Shown here piece after piece: positions 51,747 to 62,775 of a stretch of DNA of 64,000 nt. Position 1 is the stretch's first letter. Every line of letters begins with the position of its first letter. The position numbers and the translations under genes are program-made. The stretch is from Thermodesulfobacteriota bacterium (GTDB lineage Bacteria; Desulfobacterota_D; UBA1144; Nemesobacterales; Nemesobacteraceae), in the NCBI GenBank assembly GCA_965202785.1, contig OZ241855.1:269793-333792 (forward strand), in the 5' to 3' direction. The notes beneath the pieces were generated by a model. That model was not told where the DNA came from, did no database searches, and was given only the letters and a program-made list of their open reading frames with translations.

Positions 51747-52175
51747 ATGACCATGGAAAAGGACAGCGAAGAAATACTCAAGATCAACAACCTTTTTTAC
51801 GAGGCCCTGGGAACCAGAAATCTAGAGCTAATGGGAGAGGTCTGGGTAAAGGACTCAAGGTCCGGTTGCGTCCACCCGGGATGGACAGCTCTTCGCAACT
51901 GGGAAGCCATAAGGCAGAGCTGGGAAAGCGTTTTTGACCCTGAGGATCAGGTTGACATCAGCATTTCAAACGTGACCGTGGATATAAACGACAACATCGC
52001 TTGGGTTACCTGCCTGCAGGAGATGGTATACATAAAAAGGGACCCGGTCATGTTCAATCTCTCTCAGTCAACCAACATATTCGAAAAGCAAAACGGTAGG
52101 TGGCTTATGATCTTTCATCATGCTTCGCCGATTCCCATAAGGGGTTACGAACCGGAGAAAAAGACCATACAGTAG
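51747..52175 (+). CDS. NTF2/SnoaL-like (DUF4440-like) protein
   Basis: 142 aa; NTF2-like hydrophobic pattern. Confidence 0.5.
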   Translation: MTMEKDSEEILKINNLFYEALGTRNLELMGEVWVKDSRSGCVHPGWTALRNWEAIRQSWESVFDPEDQVDISISNVTVDINDNIAWVTCLQEMVYIKRDPVMFNLSQSTNIFEKQNGRWLMIFHHASPIPIRGYEPEKKTIQ

Positions 52176-52228
52176 GTGCTTCTACGCTTCCTCCGCCTCT
52201 TGTGGCAATAAGTTGAGAGAGGAAAGAC

Positions 52229-53086
52229 CTACCCAGAAACTGGATTTTGATAGTCAGTCTTTTCTAATCTTTCCGGTATTTCTTCAAGAGATCTGGACAA
52301 TGAGTAAATTACTTTTGCTACTAAGGCAGCTCCGACAACCACGTTGAGAACTGGAATACTCAAAGCCGCAAGCAAAATCGCAAATTTTCCAGCTTTGATA
52401 CCGGTCGCACGCAAAGACATCGATTTAAACCGTTCCATAGTAATTTCACCAGAACGGAATCTTTTATACATCTCCATAACTACAAGCGATACCGACAGCA
52501 AAGACAGAACTGGAAAGAATTCCCAAATAGATGTATTAGCTTCTTCAGAAATCAGTCTATCAACGAATTTTTCTACTCTCACCGTAAGTTCTTGATTTGA
52601 AAAACCGGAGGAGGGAAGATTCAATTCAGATGCAATTTCCTCCGAAACTAAGATTTCGCCATCCGGATATTTATCCATCCATTCTTCAACATAATCTGTG
52701 TTGTCAGTAGTTTTGAGTTGTATTTCCCAACTCTCTCCAGTCTCGTAATCGTTTAAAACAACATCAAACCCCTTATGGTTTGTCTCTGGAAACATCGCCG
52801 CAGTGACACTGTCACCATCACTGTTTTCAAGACTAACAAACTCCATTTCGTGAAGTATTCCTTTTACGTTGGAAACAACTCCCACTATCTGGTTCTCAGA
52901 TAGCGCATTCAAGTAATCTCGCACGCTATCTATATCTTGAGTTTTGCCTGAATACCTCCTGAATGCCGCAAGAACTGCCTGATCCTGCTCAGTAGATTCA
53001 AAACCATCCCGGATCGCCTGCAGTGATGCTATGATCGCCAATTCATCAAAGTTGGTTTTAAGGAATTTAACAGTTGAACTAATCAT
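52229..53086 (-). CDS. hypothetical protein: ~200-aa soluble N-domain plus C-terminal membrane-associated helices; second gene of a lower-G+C two-gene module
   Basis: GTGAGGG RBS 5 nt before ATG 53086 and 2 nt after the upstream stop (translational coupling); no P-loop or other catalytic motif seen; C-terminal GIKAGKFAILLAALSIPVLNVVVGAALVA. Confidence 0.55.
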   Translation of the reverse strand: MISSTVKFLKTNFDELAIIASLQAIRDGFESTEQDQAVLAAFRRYSGKTQDIDSVRDYLNALSENQIVGVVSNVKGILHEMEFVSLENSDGDSVTAAMFPETNHKGFDVVLNDYETGESWEIQLKTTDNTDYVEEWMDKYPDGEILVSEEIASELNLPSSGFSNQELTVRVEKFVDRLISEEANTSIWEFFPVLSLLSVSLVVMEMYKRFRSGEITMERFKSMSLRATGIKAGKFAILLAALSIPVLNVVVGAALVAKVIYSLSRSLEEIPERLEKTDYQNPVSG

Positions 53087-53642
53087 TGCCCTCACCACGA
53101 ATATCCTTTGCATGTGCCTCGGCACTTGCCTTGTCCGTAGACTTTTTTCCTTCCTTTTCCCCTTTTTTCCATATATCTCTTATCTGTTCAGGTTTAAGGA
53201 GCTGCCCTTTAGCCTTATGAATAAAATAAGCATCCATAACTCTTCCAATACCGTAGGTCAGTCCGTAGACCAAGGGGATTGTCATGAAACCTCCTAGGAA
53301 AGGTAACCCGGTCTTATATGCCCCGATGGCTAACTGCTGCGCTAAGTAACCAAGACCGACTGCTCCTGAGATCTCCTTTAATGTGGAGATAACATCATTT
53401 TTCGTAACCGGCAAACCTCTGACTGCCGCAATGCGTGTACCCATGACAATCTGAATAGGAGTAAGAATAAAGATATCCGCAAATGGAATCGGCTGAATCG
53501 CAACTCCAGCACAGATTGCGGCGGTAATTTTAATAATTCTTCCTATTTTTTGGTCATCCGTAATATCTGTTCTATCTTCTATTGCGGTATACTCTTTTTT
53601 AAGCTTCTCAATAGCTTTGTCCATAAAATTCTTTTCACTCAT
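53079..53642 (-). CDS. DUF697 (YcjF)-like membrane-associated protein
   Basis: IQPIPFADIFILTPIQIVMGTRIAAVRG...GAVGLGYLAQQ pattern, recalled from memory as DUF697-like. Confidence 0.55.
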   Translation of the reverse strand: MSEKNFMDKAIEKLKKEYTAIEDRTDITDDQKIGRIIKITAAICAGVAIQPIPFADIFILTPIQIVMGTRIAAVRGLPVTKNDVISTLKEISGAVGLGYLAQQLAIGAYKTGLPFLGGFMTIPLVYGLTYGIGRVMDAYFIHKAKGQLLKPEQIRDIWKKGEKEGKKSTDKASAEAHAKDIRGEGND

Positions 53643-53825
53643 TGTTCTTCTTCCTTTCTAATGAATCAACCGCTTCTCGAATAGTCCGTATGCAGTAATC
53701 TAGTTTGGATATGTTATATCCTTTAGACGTATCTTTTCTAAGCGAACCAATATGTTCTTCAGTCTGAAAACGCAATTCCTTAAGGCATTTATAGCAAGAC
53801 AAGTGGAGGAAGAGTTTTTCGCTTT

Positions 53826-54313
53826 TTAACTCATTCTCTCTAGATAAATGGAGGCACCTAGTTTTTCTAGCTGTGCGGCTTTTTTCTTTACCTCGGAAGA
53901 AAGCTTCTTTTTGTACTCCGCTACCGCACGTGAGAGTTCCGGATCGGCAACGGAAAGAATTTCAACTGCAAGGATGCCGGCGTTTTTCGCCCCGCCGAGG
54001 CAACCGTGGCAACCGGAACGCCCGAGGGCATTTATGAGTCCCATTCAATCGAATTTGAGGATTTTATCCCCTTGGGGAAACGGAGGCCACCATTCCCGGA
54101 AGATGCGCCGCACCCCCCGCCCCGGCTATTATGATTTTAATCCCCCTTTTATGAGCTTTTTTTGAAATCCACAAGCCGCTCCGGAGTTCTATGCGCCGAG
54201 ACTATGGTAACTTCATGTCCTACTCCGAACTGTTCCAGAATCTCAACCGCTTCCCCCATGACTGGAAGATCCGAGTCAGAGCCCATGATAACGCTTACCA
54301 AAACAGGTTTCAT
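53826..54313 (-). pseudogene. purE: purE (N5-CAIR mutase) disrupted by at least three frameshifts and an in-frame stop
   Basis: ATGA overlap with the purK stop; frame a [52 protein letters not shown], then shift at an A7 run; frame b [28 protein letters not shown]; TAA within ...DS*MPSGVPVATVA; shift at a G-run before AKNAGILAVEILSVADPELSRAVAEYKKKL. Confidence 0.7.
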
Positions 54314-55485
54314 GCTATCGCCCTCAGGTTGTTCATTATGAATCTCGCTTTCTCGAGCGCGCCTGAAATATCATCGTCAAGCACGGTGACATGCCCCATC
54401 TTTCTGTAAGGCTTGGTAAGGGTTTTACCGTATATGTGGAACTTGGCTCCTTCAACGCCCATGCATCCACGAAGTCCCTCGTACCTTACTTCGCCCTCGA
54501 AACCCGGCTGCCCGAGAATGTTAATCATAACAGAAGGAGTTTTTATTTCAGTATCCCCCGGGGGAAGATCAAGAATCGATCTCAGACACTGCTCATACTG
54601 CGAGGTGCGAGCCGCGTCAATTGTGTGATGCCCGCTGTTATGCGGTCTCGGAGCGGATTCGTTTATGAGGATATCGCCTTTTTTGGAAACAAACATCTCA
54701 ACCGCAAGTATCCCGCACATGTCAAAAGACCTTATCGTGCGCTCGGCAAGTTCACATGCCTGAGCGGACATTGTGTCGTCAAGCTCGCAGGGACTTATCA
54801 GGAATTCAACTATGTTTGCATTGCTGTTAAACAGCATTTCTACCGGGGGAAAACATTTCGTTTCTCCGGTGGAATTACGCGAGACTATAACGGAAATTTC
54901 CTTTTCCACATCAACGAGGTCTTCAATAACGGATTCTCCTTCTAAAAGATCGCCGAGCTGTTCCTTTTCTCTGACGACATAAACTCCTCTTCCGTCATAA
55001 CCCGTCCTTGAAAGTTTCTGGACGAAAGGAATTTCTATCTCACCGGACCCGACGGCCGCAGCTATAGCTTCTTTCCCCGGAAAGACCGAAAAATCGGCCG
55101 TGGGGAGTCCCTTTGAGACATAGAACTCTTTCTGCTTCGCCTTGTCCTGTATGAGTTCAAGCGCGTGGGGCTCAGGCCTTATTACAACTCCTTCTTCCCG
55201 CAGTCGGAAAAGCGCCTGCAGGTTCACATGCTCAATCTCTATTGTCAGGATGTCAACATTTCTGCCAAACTCGTAGACATCCTCGTAATTCCTGAAATCT
55301 CCATGGGTAAACCCGGTGCACACGGAAGCCGCCGGACAATCAGCGGAAGGATCGAGCACATAGGTGCGGAGGTTCCAGTTGCTCGCAACCAGACAGAGCA
55401 TTTTCCCGAGCTGACCGCCTCCGAGAATTCCTAGTTTTACATGTTCAAAATCCATGGCCATTATACGCCGGGAGCTACAAGTCAA
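54310..55485 (-). CDS. purK: N5-carboxyaminoimidazole ribonucleotide synthase (ATP-grasp)
   Basis: 391 aa; [12 protein letters not shown] start; ATP-grasp motifs. Confidence 0.9.
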   Translation of the reverse strand: MTCSSRRIMAMDFEHVKLGILGGGQLGKMLCLVASNWNLRTYVLDPSADCPAASVCTGFTHGDFRNYEDVYEFGRNVDILTIEIEHVNLQALFRLREEGVVIRPEPHALELIQDKAKQKEFYVSKGLPTADFSVFPGKEAIAAAVGSGEIEIPFVQKLSRTGYDGRGVYVVREKEQLGDLLEGESVIEDLVDVEKEISVIVSRNSTGETKCFPPVEMLFNSNANIVEFLISPCELDDTMSAQACELAERTIRSFDMCGILAVEMFVSKKGDILINESAPRPHNSGHHTIDAARTSQYEQCLRSILDLPPGDTEIKTPSVMINILGQPGFEGEVRYEGLRGCMGVEGAKFHIYGKTLTKPYRKMGHVTVLDDDISGALEKARFIMNNLRAIA

Positions 55486-56134
55486 TAATTGAGAGCAGTT
55501 CCATCGGAGTTTCTATAAGATGTTCGGCTCCATTTTCACGAAGCTCATCTCCTGTTCGAAAACCCCAGAGAACTCCCACTGGAAGCATACCCGCCCCGAC
55601 GGCGGTAAGCATGTCCACTCCCGAGTCTCCAAGGTAAACCATCTGTGACGAATCAATTCCAAGTTCCCTTGATATCCGCAGCGCTCCTGAGGGATCGGGT
55701 TTTCTCGGAATTTCATCCCTCTGACCTATGACTATCTCGAAATTCCAGTCCGCAAGCAGATCCTCCACGTATTTTTCGGTAAACACGTGCGGCTTGTTGG
55801 TAAGAATCGCCTTTTTCAGACCTCTTTTGGAAAGCTCGTTCAGAAGATCCGGTATGCCGTCATAAAGAGTAGTTTTTACGTTAAAGGCACGGCTGTAGAT
55901 GCTGTTGAAATCGGTAAGGCATTTTTCAACGACAGCATCATCGTTTCTTTTGTCCTCGGGGAGGGCCCTGGACACCATGACCTTTGGACCTTTTCCTATA
56001 AAGTACTTGTAGCACCCGTTCGCGCGTGGCGGAAATCCGTTTATTCCGAGCGCCTGATTCACGGCATCAGCAAGATCCTCAAGAGAGTCAATCAGGGTTC
56101 CGTCAAGATCAAATACAACTGCTCCGTAGCTCAT
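55475..56134 (-). CDS. HAD-superfamily hydrolase (phosphoglycolate phosphatase-like, subfamily IA)
   Basis: VVFDLDGTLIDS motif I; LTNK; GDSGVD. Confidence 0.8.
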   Translation of the reverse strand: MSYGAVVFDLDGTLIDSLEDLADAVNQALGINGFPPRANGCYKYFIGKGPKVMVSRALPEDKRNDDAVVEKCLTDFNSIYSRAFNVKTTLYDGIPDLLNELSKRGLKKAILTNKPHVFTEKYVEDLLADWNFEIVIGQRDEIPRKPDPSGALRISRELGIDSSQMVYLGDSGVDMLTAVGAGMLPVGVLWGFRTGDELRENGAEHLIETPMELLSIIDL

Positions 56135-56359
56135 AGTCCCGCACTGAATTGTAGAACCTCTAGAATTTCCCGGCCGACCATGTACTTGTCGCTAATTCCC
56201 ATTTTCGCCGCTTTTGCTGACTTCAATCTCCGTATCGGTCGGCCGGTTCGCGATCGTTACGCCTTGCTTAACGTCACAGACCGTTATTTTATCTCATGTC
56301 GGTCTTTCATTCAAAAAGGGGTTCTGTCCGTTATAATAAAACTGCTTGAGGTATACAAT

Positions 56360-57256
56360 ATGAAGGGTAGATACTGTTGCCGATTTTATACCGCGCTGTT
56401 TTTTTTCCTGTTTCTGCTGGCGGGTTGCGGAGGAGAAAACGAATTTGTTTTTGAGGTGGCGAAGATCGGGGAGGGGGAAATTGAAACGGCGAATCCGGAA
56501 GGTTCCACGGCCCGGAAACTGCACCCCAGAGATTTCGAGATGGAGGAAGACTGGGTTGAAACAACCTGTTCTGTGTATGAGGGTGAAGACCTTCCGCTTC
56601 CCGGCGAAAAGCTGAATAAGAACTTTCTTCTTGACGGGAACTCCGCCTGGAGCTGCGCAAGAAACACGAGATCATTCCGGATCGAAACGGAAATCCGTTT
56701 TCACGATGACGGAACGTACCGTAACAGGCTAACTAGGTGGGAAATTTCCCTCGCGGACGCGCCGGTTTCCACTCCTCCCGAGCAGGGATGTCACAGGAGA
56801 GGAATGCCCCACAATTCCTCTTGGGAAACAGAAGAATTCGGGTTCGCTTTTGACAGGAGGGGACAATGGGGCGGGGAATGGAGGGTTTATGGCGGGCGTC
56901 TTTACTTAAAGGAAGAGGGTCTTCCCGGCAGACTCAAGTCGTACGCCTTCTCTTTTAACGGAGACGAACCGGCATTAACGCTTGACGACATGGTGGAGAC
57001 ATATTCCGACGGATCGTCAATTAATTACCAGGAGGATCTGGAACCTTCTGAATTGAACAGCGAGGAAATAAGGCGGAAGCGGGAAGAACAGCGACGGCAA
57101 CACGAGCAGACTGAAGAGTTCAGAAATTGTCTAGATGACTATGTTGGGTCTGAGCTTATAGGGTTTTGCCAGCTAGAGGACCCTCAGCTGTGGAAATCTG
57201 AACTCAGGGACACGGGAACCGAGTGCCGCGTCGCGGGACGAAGCGATATTGACTGA
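56360..57256 (+). CDS. lipoprotein, hypothetical (Cys-containing, acidic C-terminal region)
   Basis: lipobox LLAGCGG after ATG 56360; the track ORF 55787.. is an artefactual 5' extension antisense to the HAD gene. Confidence 0.5.
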   Translation: MKGRYCCRFYTALFFFLFLLAGCGGENEFVFEVAKIGEGEIETANPEGSTARKLHPRDFEMEEDWVETTCSVYEGEDLPLPGEKLNKNFLLDGNSAWSCARNTRSFRIETEIRFHDDGTYRNRLTRWEISLADAPVSTPPEQGCHRRGMPHNSSWETEEFGFAFDRRGQWGGEWRVYGGRLYLKEEGLPGRLKSYAFSFNGDEPALTLDDMVETYSDGSSINYQEDLEPSELNSEEIRRKREEQRRQHEQTEEFRNCLDDYVGSELIGFCQLEDPQLWKSELRDTGTECRVAGRSDID

Positions 57257-57480
57257 AATCCCGACCCGTAACCGAAAACAATAGAGACTTGGGACACGAC
57301 GAAAATATCGTGAAGAAATTTTCCGGGAAAACACTTTACATACAGTTTTTGAGCGCCGCTCTCGAATAATCGAACCTGTCCGAACCTTTCTAACGGAAGA
57401 AACTTCTGGCACTCTAAAACCAGATTCGACCGGGGAAAACCGAAGGTGTTACTCAAACTGAAAGACCGAGGTATGAACAG

Positions 57481-58809
57481 TTGTCAATAACAGTAATCGG
57501 CGCGGGGCTCGCAGGCGTTGAAGCCGCGAACCAGATATCAAAGTTTGGAGTAAGGGTGACTCTCTATGAAATGAGGCCCCGCAGGAAAACCGCCGCGCAC
57601 AGAACTTCGGGTCTCGCGGAGCTTGTGTGCAGCAATTCCCTGAAATCGGCATCCATGGAGAACGCCTCCGGAATACTCAAAGAGGAAATGAAATCTCTAG
57701 GTTCGCTTGTGATCGAGGCGGCCGTGGCGGCCAGGGTTCCTGCCGGAAAAGCTCTTGCGGTAGACAGGGAGATATTCTCGGATTACATAACGCGAAAAAT
57801 CCAAGGCAACGAACTTATAGACTTAAAGAGGGAAGAGGTAACAAAAATACCCGGAGACGGGATCGTGATCGTGGCCACCGGTCCACTCACCTCGGATGCA
57901 CTTTGCGCGGAGATCTCCTCGCTCACGGAATCCGAATACCTTTACTTCTACGACGCCATCTCGCCGATAATCGACGCGGATACAATCGACCGCTCGAAAA
58001 TCTTCAGGGGATCAAGATATGACCACGGAGACTCAGAAGAGGGGGACTATCTCAACTGTCCGCTCTCTGAGGATCAGTACTACGAGCTTGTGGAGGACCT
58101 GGTTCGCGGAGAAAAAGTGGAGACCAGAGAGTTCGAGAAGGCAATCTACTTCCAAAGCTGCATGCCGGTTGAGGTTATGTGTGAAAGAGGAAAGGATACT
58201 CTTAGGTTCGGCCCCTTAAAACCCGTCGGCCTAGTTGACCCGAGGACCGGGAAAACCCCCTTTGCCGTCCTGCAGCTAAGAACGGAGAACAGCGAGGAAA
58301 CAATGTACAACATGGTGGGATTTCAGACAAAGCTCAGATACCCCCAGCAAAGAGCCGTTTTCAGAAAGGTCCCGGGGCTTGAAAGGGCAGAGTTTCTAAG
58401 ATACGGAAGCGTGCACAGAAACACGTACATAGATTCCCCTAGGCTCCTTGAGAAAGACCTTTCCCTGAGTTCCCGTCCAAACGTTTTTTTCGCCGGACAG
58501 ATCACGGGAGTTGAAGGATATATCGAGTCCGCCGCAACGGGAATCGTCTGCGGAATAAACGCTTCGAGAAAAGCACTCGGACTCGCACCTGCCTACGTTC
58601 CAAGGGAAACATCCATAGGTTCCCTGCTTGAGTACATCTCGACCCCCGGAAAAACCGGGTTTCAGCCGATGAACATAAACTTCGGGCTTTTCCCTAAGGT
58701 GGAAGGCAGGATGGGAAAAGAGAAAAAACGCAAACTTATAGCACAAAAGGCCCTTGAGAGCATCGGCGCGTACAGCCCTTACGAGCAGATGAGGTGTCGG
58801 AATATTTGA
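57481..58809 (+). CDS. trmFO: methylenetetrahydrofolate--tRNA-(uracil54-C5)-methyltransferase
   Basis: FAD motif ITVIGAGLAGVEAA; TTG start. Confidence 0.9.
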   Translation: MSITVIGAGLAGVEAANQISKFGVRVTLYEMRPRRKTAAHRTSGLAELVCSNSLKSASMENASGILKEEMKSLGSLVIEAAVAARVPAGKALAVDREIFSDYITRKIQGNELIDLKREEVTKIPGDGIVIVATGPLTSDALCAEISSLTESEYLYFYDAISPIIDADTIDRSKIFRGSRYDHGDSEEGDYLNCPLSEDQYYELVEDLVRGEKVETREFEKAIYFQSCMPVEVMCERGKDTLRFGPLKPVGLVDPRTGKTPFAVLQLRTENSEETMYNMVGFQTKLRYPQQRAVFRKVPGLERAEFLRYGSVHRNTYIDSPRLLEKDLSLSSRPNVFFAGQITGVEGYIESAATGIVCGINASRKALGLAPAYVPRETSIGSLLEYISTPGKTGFQPMNINFGLFPKVEGRMGKEKKRKLIAQKALESIGAYSPYEQMRCRNI

Positions 58810-58833
58810 TTCTCATATTTTAATGGTAGTATT

Positions 58834-59730
58834 TTGCCGGTCATGACATATCAGGAACTTATTCTGGCTCTTCAGGATTACTGGTCATCCAAGGGATGTT
58901 TGGTGGTCCAGCCCTACGACATAGAAAAAGGCGCCGGAACTTTTCATCCGGCCACATTCCTGCGCTGCCTCGGGCCCGAGCCCTGGCATGTGGCATATGT
59001 CGAACCTTCAAGGAGACCGACCGACGGAAGATACGGAGATAATCCCAACAGGCTTCAGCACTACTATCAGTTCCAGGTGATAATAAAACCTTCTCCCGAT
59101 GATATTCAGGAACTTTTCCTCGATAGCCTCAAGTCATTCGGAATAAACCCGCTTGAGCACGACATAAGGTTCGTTGAGGATGACTGGGAATCCCCGACGC
59201 TCGGAGCGTGGGGACTTGGGTGGGAGGTTTGGCTTGACGGTATGGAAATAACCCAGTTCACATATTTTCAGCAGGCGGGCGGAATAGATCTTGATCCGAT
59301 ATCGGCCGAGATAACGTACGGAACCGAAAGAATAGCGATGTACCTTCAGGAAGTTGAAAGCGTTTACGATCTTGAATGGACAAAGGGAATAACGTACGGG
59401 GAGATTCATCATCAGAGCGAAGTCCAGTTCTCAAAGTACAACTTCGAGGAATCCGATCCCGCGATGCTAAGCGACCTGTTTAACATGTACGAACAGGAAT
59501 GCAGATCTCTTATCGAAAAGCAGCTTCCCCTCCCCGCTTACGAATACTGTCTTAAAAGTTCGCACACCTTCAACCTGCTTGACGCGAGAGGGGCGATAGG
59601 GGTAGCCGAGCGGGCCTCATACATAGCGAGGGTAAGGACGCTTGCGAATCTGTGCGCGACTTCATATCTGCAGACCAGAGAAAACCTAGGATTCCCCCTC
59701 CTGAAAAACAACCCATGGAAAAAGAACTAA
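58834..59730 (+). CDS. glyQ: glycyl-tRNA synthetase alpha subunit
   Basis: [18 protein letters not shown]... Confidence 0.95.
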   Translation: MPVMTYQELILALQDYWSSKGCLVVQPYDIEKGAGTFHPATFLRCLGPEPWHVAYVEPSRRPTDGRYGDNPNRLQHYYQFQVIIKPSPDDIQELFLDSLKSFGINPLEHDIRFVEDDWESPTLGAWGLGWEVWLDGMEITQFTYFQQAGGIDLDPISAEITYGTERIAMYLQEVESVYDLEWTKGITYGEIHHQSEVQFSKYNFEESDPAMLSDLFNMYEQECRSLIEKQLPLPAYEYCLKSSHTFNLLDARGAIGVAERASYIARVRTLANLCATSYLQTRENLGFPLLKNNPWKKN

Positions 59731-61805
59731 TACTCGAAATCGGAACGGAGGAAATACCTGCTCTATTCCTTGAAAAAGCCCGGGAGGATCTGGGCAACAT
59801 CCTAAGCGGAGAACTCCGTGACAAAGGTGTTGAATTCGAGGAAATGGAAATCTTCTATACCCCGAGAAGGCTTTCGGCTAGGGTAAGCGGACTTCAGAGA
59901 AAGCAGAGAGACCGCACGACCGAGAACTTCGGACCGCCCAAGCGCATAGCGTTTGATGAAGACGGAAAGCCCACCAAGGCCGCTGTGGGCTTTGCCAGAT
60001 CCCAGAGGGTCGATGTTGAGGAACTCATCATCGCAAAAAGGGATAACGGGGAATTTCTTTGTGTAAGGAAAACGGTAAAAGGAAAAAAAACTTCATCCGT
60101 TCTAAAAGAAATCCTTCCGGGAGTAATCTCATCGATCCCCTTCCGGAAATCAATGAGGTGGGGCGACGGAAAACTGACCTTCGCAAGACCTATAAGATGG
60201 ATAGCGGCGCTCTACGATGACAAGCCAGTAAAATTCAGCGTTGAAAACATCAAAAGTTCTGACCGAAGCTTCGGTCACAGGTTCACTTCCCCAAAACCGT
60301 TTCGAGTGACATCCTGGGGAAATTATCTGAAAACACTTGAGAAAAACAACGTAGTAGCGGACCCGGAGAAAAGAAAGGAAATCATAAGAAGGAACACAGA
60401 GGCGGCAGCCAAAAAGATAGGCGGAACCATAAAGGAAGACCCTGAACTGCTTGAAACCGTGGTGAACCTAGTGGAGCATCCGACGGTTCTGGTGGGAGAG
60501 TTCGAGGAAAAATACCTGCGGTTGCCCGAGGAAGTCCTTATAAGCGTGATGAAGAATCACCAGAAATATTTCCCTGTTTATTCTGAGAAGACCGGCAAGC
60601 TTCTTCCCCGTTTCATCTTTGTCTGCGGAACTCCGGTTAAGGATAAACAGGTAATTATAAGGGGAAACGAGCGGGTAATAAGGGCAAGACTTAACGACGC
60701 CGAATTCTTTTTCTCCGAAGATACGAAGAAAAGCCTAAGCGCCTACACAGAAGATCTTGAGAGCATGGTGTTTCTATCCGATATAGGAACTTACAGGGAA
60801 AAAGTCGAGCGTATGAGGATGCTTGCCGCCGACATCTTTGCCAGTCCCGATCTTGAAAGGGCCGCGGAACTCTCAAAGTCCGATCTCGCAACCCAGATGG
60901 TCTTTGAATTCGCCGAACTCCAAGGTGTCATGGGCAAGTATTACTCACTTACTTCCAAGGAGAAAAGAACCGTCGCGAACGCGATCGAGGAACAATACAT
61001 GCCGCTTACGAGAACCGGTGAACTCCCGCGAACGAAAACCGGAGCGCTTCTAAGCATAGTGGACAAAACGGATAATATCTGCTCGTGCTTCATCGCGGAT
61101 CTCGCACCTACCGGGTCTTCAGACCCCTATGCGCTGAGAAGACAGACCCTCGGAATAATAAGAATCGCCATAGAGAAGAAGCTTGATATTTCTCTCTCCA
61201 CACTCCTTGAACGCGGCATAAGGCTCGTGCTCGATTCCATGGACGCGCAAAAAGCTCGTGACGGCAAACTGTCCGAAGAAGAACTTAAAGTGAACATTCT
61301 CGCGTTTTTCTCCGAGAGGTTCCGCAACCTAATGACAGAGTCAGGTTACGAGAGAAATGTCGTCGAATCCGTAATCTCGGCAGGTTTTGACAATCCCCTT
61401 GACGCCTACCGCAGAATAAACGCGCTTGGGAAATTCGCAAAACGAAAGGATTTTGAGGCCCTAGCTACAGGCTTTAAGAGGGTTTTCAACATAGCGAAAA
61501 CCAGACCATCTTCACCGCTTGACAAGAAGCTGTTCAAGCAAAAAGAGGAAAAGGATCTCCATAGAGCTTTTACCAAGACGCAGACGGCGGTTTTAAGGAA
61601 ACTGGCCGATTCTGAAAAAGCTGCCACGCAAAGCGATTACCTCAAAGCGCTTGAATCCATAAAAACACTCTCCTCACCAATAGATCGTTTCTTTGACGCG
61701 GTAATGGTCATGGACAAAAACAAGAAGATCAGAGACAATCGTCTGGCTTTGCTCAATGAAATAAAAGATCTGTTTTTCATGATTGCCGATTTCTCGAAAA
61801 TCTGA
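59715..61805 (+). CDS. glyS: glycyl-tRNA synthetase beta subunit
   Basis: [16 protein letters not shown] start overlaps the glyQ end by 16 nt. Confidence 0.95.
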   Translation: MEKELILEIGTEEIPALFLEKAREDLGNILSGELRDKGVEFEEMEIFYTPRRLSARVSGLQRKQRDRTTENFGPPKRIAFDEDGKPTKAAVGFARSQRVDVEELIIAKRDNGEFLCVRKTVKGKKTSSVLKEILPGVISSIPFRKSMRWGDGKLTFARPIRWIAALYDDKPVKFSVENIKSSDRSFGHRFTSPKPFRVTSWGNYLKTLEKNNVVADPEKRKEIIRRNTEAAAKKIGGTIKEDPELLETVVNLVEHPTVLVGEFEEKYLRLPEEVLISVMKNHQKYFPVYSEKTGKLLPRFIFVCGTPVKDKQVIIRGNERVIRARLNDAEFFFSEDTKKSLSAYTEDLESMVFLSDIGTYREKVERMRMLAADIFASPDLERAAELSKSDLATQMVFEFAELQGVMGKYYSLTSKEKRTVANAIEEQYMPLTRTGELPRTKTGALLSIVDKTDNICSCFIADLAPTGSSDPYALRRQTLGIIRIAIEKKLDISLSTLLERGIRLVLDSMDAQKARDGKLSEEELKVNILAFFSERFRNLMTESGYERNVVESVISAGFDNPLDAYRRINALGKFAKRKDFEALATGFKRVFNIAKTRPSSPLDKKLFKQKEEKDLHRAFTKTQTAVLRKLADSEKAATQSDYLKALESIKTLSSPIDRFFDAVMVMDKNKKIRDNRLALLNEIKDLFFMIADFSKI

Positions 61806-61832
61806 CCTGCGATCAACCCATACGCCTATTAA

Positions 61833-62630
61833 TCAATAAATGCCCGGTATCAGGGCCTTGCGGTGCGGAGGATAATCCCTGAAGGTTTCCACATACCATT
61901 GATGATTGCTACGTGCTCTGGGAACGAGATTAGCGGAGGTGAAAAGCAAGAAGGCGAGGCCACTAAACGACCATGTTGCTAGCGCCCAGCCGACCCATTC
62001 GAGGATTTCACCCATATAATTCGGGCACGATACAAAGCGAAACCCGCCACCCCGCGGAACCACGTAGGCGGTCTCGCCCGGCCTGCGTAGACGAATGAGG
62101 ATATTGTCGGCATGGAGGTTGACAGAAATCCCGACTAGGAAAATCCCGACGCCGATCAGGAAACGAGGGTCGGCAAGCCATCCAACTGTGTACTCGCCGA
62201 ATTCGGAAATGAATCGAGCATTGATGTAGGCGTTAATCACATTGAAGAAAAAGCCCGACCCGACCACCAACAACGGCGTCTTCCGCCCGCTTGTCCTGAT
62301 CCGAAACGGGTAAATGAACGTCCGGTTCAGATAGTGGCACTGCCACATGACCAGAAAGAGCAACGGCACGATGTGAAACGCAGATTTCCCGTTAAGATAG
62401 ACGGCGAGGAAGACGACAACCGCCGGCAGTTCCATAATGATCCAGCCGAGCCTGCTGGAAACGTGCGGCCCCCATCCCCCACCTGCGTAATGACGGCCAT
62501 AGGGTGCGGTTTTACGGAGCAGATAAAAAAACGTCGGGACAGCCGTAGCAATGACTGCCCATACCATCACGCTGTGAAGCTGTTGCTCGGCCATCTCAAC
62601 CATTCTCGCCGAGCATTCCCTGCTCGTCAA
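61833..62630 (-). CDS. polytopic membrane protein, steroid 5-alpha-reductase/DUF1295/ICMT-like methyltransferase family
   Basis: multiple TM helices; C-terminal NYMGEILEWVGWAL motif region. Confidence 0.65.
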   Translation of the reverse strand: MTSRECSARMVEMAEQQLHSVMVWAVIATAVPTFFYLLRKTAPYGRHYAGGGWGPHVSSRLGWIIMELPAVVVFLAVYLNGKSAFHIVPLLFLVMWQCHYLNRTFIYPFRIRTSGRKTPLLVVGSGFFFNVINAYINARFISEFGEYTVGWLADPRFLIGVGIFLVGISVNLHADNILIRLRRPGETAYVVPRGGGFRFVSCPNYMGEILEWVGWALATWSFSGLAFLLFTSANLVPRARSNHQWYVETFRDYPPHRKALIPGIY

Positions 62631-62775
62631 ACCATCGATAGGTGCCCCTCACCAATCCGCCAAGGAACGCGACCTGAACCCGAGTTCCGCCTGCGCAGAC
62701 GTAATATCGGTAAATTCAGAGTATCATTCTGAAAATATTTGAGAAGCAGCAGTATTCGGGTATCATTTCCCTCAT

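Noticed and set aside
53826-54313. Explanation of purE lesions as programmed frameshifting or pure sequencing error
   Set aside because: Three shifts of both signs plus an in-frame TAA cannot be programmed recoding. Error-only is unlikely because no other gene in 64 kb is affected, but it is left as the stated refutation test.
55787-57256. 489-aa ORF from the six-frame track
   Set aside because: Its first ~190 codons run antisense through the HAD hydrolase gene and the intergenic region. The real gene is the lipoprotein starting at ATG 56360 with a lipobox.
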